From contig CM030333.1 of NCBI GenBank assembly GCA_017654855.1, positions 3,534,001-3,598,000 on the forward strand: a stretch of 64,000 nucleotides of DNA, given 5' to 3'. A model generated the notes under the pieces. The model saw only the letters and a list, made by a program, of their open reading frames with translations. It made no database searches and had not been told where the DNA came from. A program made the translations under genes and the position numbers. Positions 61,665 to 64,000 of this stretch are shown here, one piece after another (positions within the stretch are counted from its first letter, which is position 1; every line of letters starts with the position of its first letter). The DNA is from Podospora anserina (Eukaryota).

Positions 61665-62471
61665 ATGTCTTCCCAAAAGGTATTTCTTTCCCCCGCCCCA
61701 CCCCCCATTCTCACGGTAGCTAAACCCCCCTCCCCCCAGATAACAACCATCCTCCTCGACTGCGACAACACCCTAGTCCTATCCGAAGACCTAGCCTTCG
61801 AAGGCTGCGCCGACCTAATCAACGAAATCGCCACCACCAAATCCGTCCCCCTCCCCCAGCCCTTCACCGGCCCCTCCCTCATCACAGAATTCGTCGGCCA
61901 AAACTTCCGCGGCATGATGGTCTCCCTCCAGAAGCGCTACAACTTCTCCATGACCGACGCCGAACTCGACGACTACGTCCGTCGCGAGGAAGACGTCGTC
62001 ATCGCCAAGCTAAAGGAGAAACTCGTCCCCTGCGTCGGGGTTGATGCGGTGTTGGAGAAGCTCGCAAAGGAGGGGAAATACAAGCTTGCTGTTGTTAGCT
62101 CGAGTGCCTTGAGGAGAGTAAAGGCGAGTGTGGAAAAGGTTGGGCAGGATAAGTACTTTGGGAAGGATGTTTATAGTGCGGCGACGAGCCTGCCGGTGCC
62201 GACGAGCAAGCCTGATCCGGCGATTTATCTGCATGCGATCAAGGTCATGGGGAAGAGGGCGGAGGAGTGTATTGCTGTTGAGGACAGCAAGTCGGGGACG
62301 TTGAGCGGGACGAGGGCGGGAATTAAGGTGGTGGGGTATGTTGGGCCTTATCCGGAGGAGGAGAAGGAGCACATGACACAGGTGTTGACTGAGGCGGGGG
62401 CGGTGGTGGTGATGAGGGATTGGAGTGAGTTTGAGGGGGTGTTGGAGAGGATTCAGAAGGGCGAGCTTTAG
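61665..62471 (+). CDS. HAD-superfamily phosphatase (CbbY/beta-PGM-like)
   Basis: DCDNTL motif I, VVSSS, SKPDPAIY, AVEDSKSG. In-frame intron 61680-61739. Confidence 0.92.
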   Translation: MSSQKVFLSPAPPPILTVAKPPSPQITTILLDCDNTLVLSEDLAFEGCADLINEIATTKSVPLPQPFTGPSLITEFVGQNFRGMMVSLQKRYNFSMTDAELDDYVRREEDVVIAKLKEKLVPCVGVDAVLEKLAKEGKYKLAVVSSSALRRVKASVEKVGQDKYFGKDVYSAATSLPVPTSKPDPAIYLHAIKVMGKRAEECIAVEDSKSGTLSGTRAGIKVVGYVGPYPEEEKEHMTQVLTEAGAVVVMRDWSEFEGVLERIQKGEL

Positions 62472-62571
62472 AGTGGACGACATGTGGGGTAGAAAGATAG
62501 AGGGGTGGGTTAGAGGATAGATAATGCAGGTCTAGAGAGATACAGGGAGCTTTAGCTGATGATAAATTTGT

Positions 62572-64000
62572 TCACTTTCGCCAGTCCATCAAGTAACTGT
62601 TTACGCTTTGGAGGGTGGCTCTGCCGGGGTTGGCGTCGGGGACTGTGTTCATGATGTGCCCTAGTTTGACCCGGATGGCAGTCTTGGTGAAGGACTCCCT
62701 TTGGTCACTTGCTGACCAAATGTTTCCCTCGGCGTCAAAACACCAGCAGTAGAGAGCTAGAGCGACGCCTACCGAGAGATCTTTTCCTGACCCGCAGAGT
62801 ATAACGAACCTCTTCTCAGGCACTGTGCCTTCCACGTCTGGTTTTGTCTCGCACAGAAAACGAGATGCAAACTCACAGATCCTTGGCAGAGCATCTCTCA
62901 ACAGCCTACTGGCAGCCTTGCTCTTCCCCAACCCAACCTCGATATGAGAAGGTGACTTGACCCAAGAATCCTGAGGGGTTGTCTTGGGCAGCAAGCTGAC
63001 TACACACGTCCCCGGGGTCGCAAGTTGAGCGTCAACCGCTTCGAGGGTGCCTACATAGATCCCCGGAGCAACTCTTCTCACTTGCCCGGCGGAATCACCG
63101 GCGGGCCCTTCCTCGGCCACGAGCCTCTCGATAAGCTCGGGGAGGTCACTCTCTGGTGTGGAGACTAACTCATCCTTGTGCTTCCACCAAATCTGCGCCG
63201 TCAGACCCAGCGCCCAGTTCTCCGTGTCGTCTCCTGCTCCCTGGATGTACCCGCCCTCACCTAGCTCTGTTCCAGTGACTCTTCGGGAGCTGGTGCAGCA
63301 GACTACTGGGTGGAAGTCCTCGGAGAATGCAAGATCGAGAGCGTCGTCTTGGGTTATCCAGAACGGGCGGAGCGGTTTCTTCAGCTGGGCCCTGAGAGGT
63401 GCGAGGTCGATTTTGAGTGAGCGAAAAGACTCGACAAAGTCCGGGAGCCGGGCTGAGATTTGACTGGCTTCCGAATCCGAGACTGCGTTTGGTGGGACGT
63501 GGAGGGTGTGTGAGGAGGGGATGTCTGGGAAGAGGGCCCGGTTGAGGACTGCACACCAGGTTGGGATTGTTTTGCTTAGAGCGTCTGGGTGTCCTGATCA
63601 GGGTGTTGTCAGACTTTGTTTCAGCGAGTGGATGGATGCAAAGGATGGAAACAAAACTCACGTTTGCCTCGCCGGGTAGAGTCAACAATGATGCACCTGC
63701 AGGTAGGTAGCCGTCGGATTAGTTCATGATCCCCCCAAACCGACGAGTTCAGTTGGCTGGTAAACGTGGACGGGTAGCCGCATGATAATAATTAAAAAAA
63801 AAATACATGATAGACATTCATACCCATTATGTTCCCCAGCTACACCCAGCAAATGCAGATTTATCCTCCTCGTGCTAAACTTCCACTGGCCGGTGTGCCC
63901 ATCTGTGCTTTTGAAGTAAGCAGAGGCTGTCTTCCTGGCCGGATCGATATACCAGCTCCCGCAGCGCTCATTCGCGACCAACGGCAGCTGCAACGCGTCA
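62572..64000 (-). CDS. RIT1: Initiator tRNA A64 phosphoribosyl transferase; 5' end outside the window
   Basis: PLVANERCGSWYI, SAYFKSTDGHTGQWKFSTRRINLHL, IIVDSTRRGK, YIQGAGDDTENWA, CGSGKDLSVGVAL, NPGRATLQSVNSYL. Confidence 0.93.

Noticed and set aside
1-64000. CRISPR arrays, prokaryotic operons or intact transposons
   Set aside because: Intron-containing fungal DNA with no repeat-spacer arrays and no transposase, reverse transcriptase or integrase ORFs seen.

Overview
Eukaryotic DNA from a filamentous ascomycete. Short GT-AG introns with CTRAC branch sites, a dispersed 5S rRNA gene and HET-domain genes point to Sordariales, probably Podospora-like (inference). Left core block (0.7-17 kb): UTP13, a conserved hypothetical, MHF1/CENP-S, a PGA2-like gene, RAM2, ERG12, RPL38, a micro-exon small membrane protein and STE24. 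Accessory-looking middle (17.3-38 kb), punctuated by three Pol III genes (tRNA-Glu, tRNA-Val, 5S rRNA): an HNH-type pseudogene, a tandem F-box-like protein, an orphan with deaminase-fold motifs, a GH3 beta-glucosidase, a class 3 lipase and two HET genes, one with a single premature TAG. Right block (39.7-64 kb): peroxidase-WSC, a Zn2Cys6 transcription factor, a GAS2/GAR protein, SIS1-type Hsp40, a HAD hydrolase and RIT1 (runs off the window). Most notable observations: (1) an apparent single-nucleotide exon between two complete introns in the GH3 gene; (2) a stand-alone putative Zn-dependent deaminase in a HET/HNH-rich island; (3) a long nested stem-loop with alternative pairings in intron 1 of the Hsp40 gene that covers a cryptic acceptor; (4) ERG12, RAM2 and STE24 (prenyl supply, transfer and CaaX cleavage) within 10 kb. 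All calls come from reading the sequence by eye; no searches were run.
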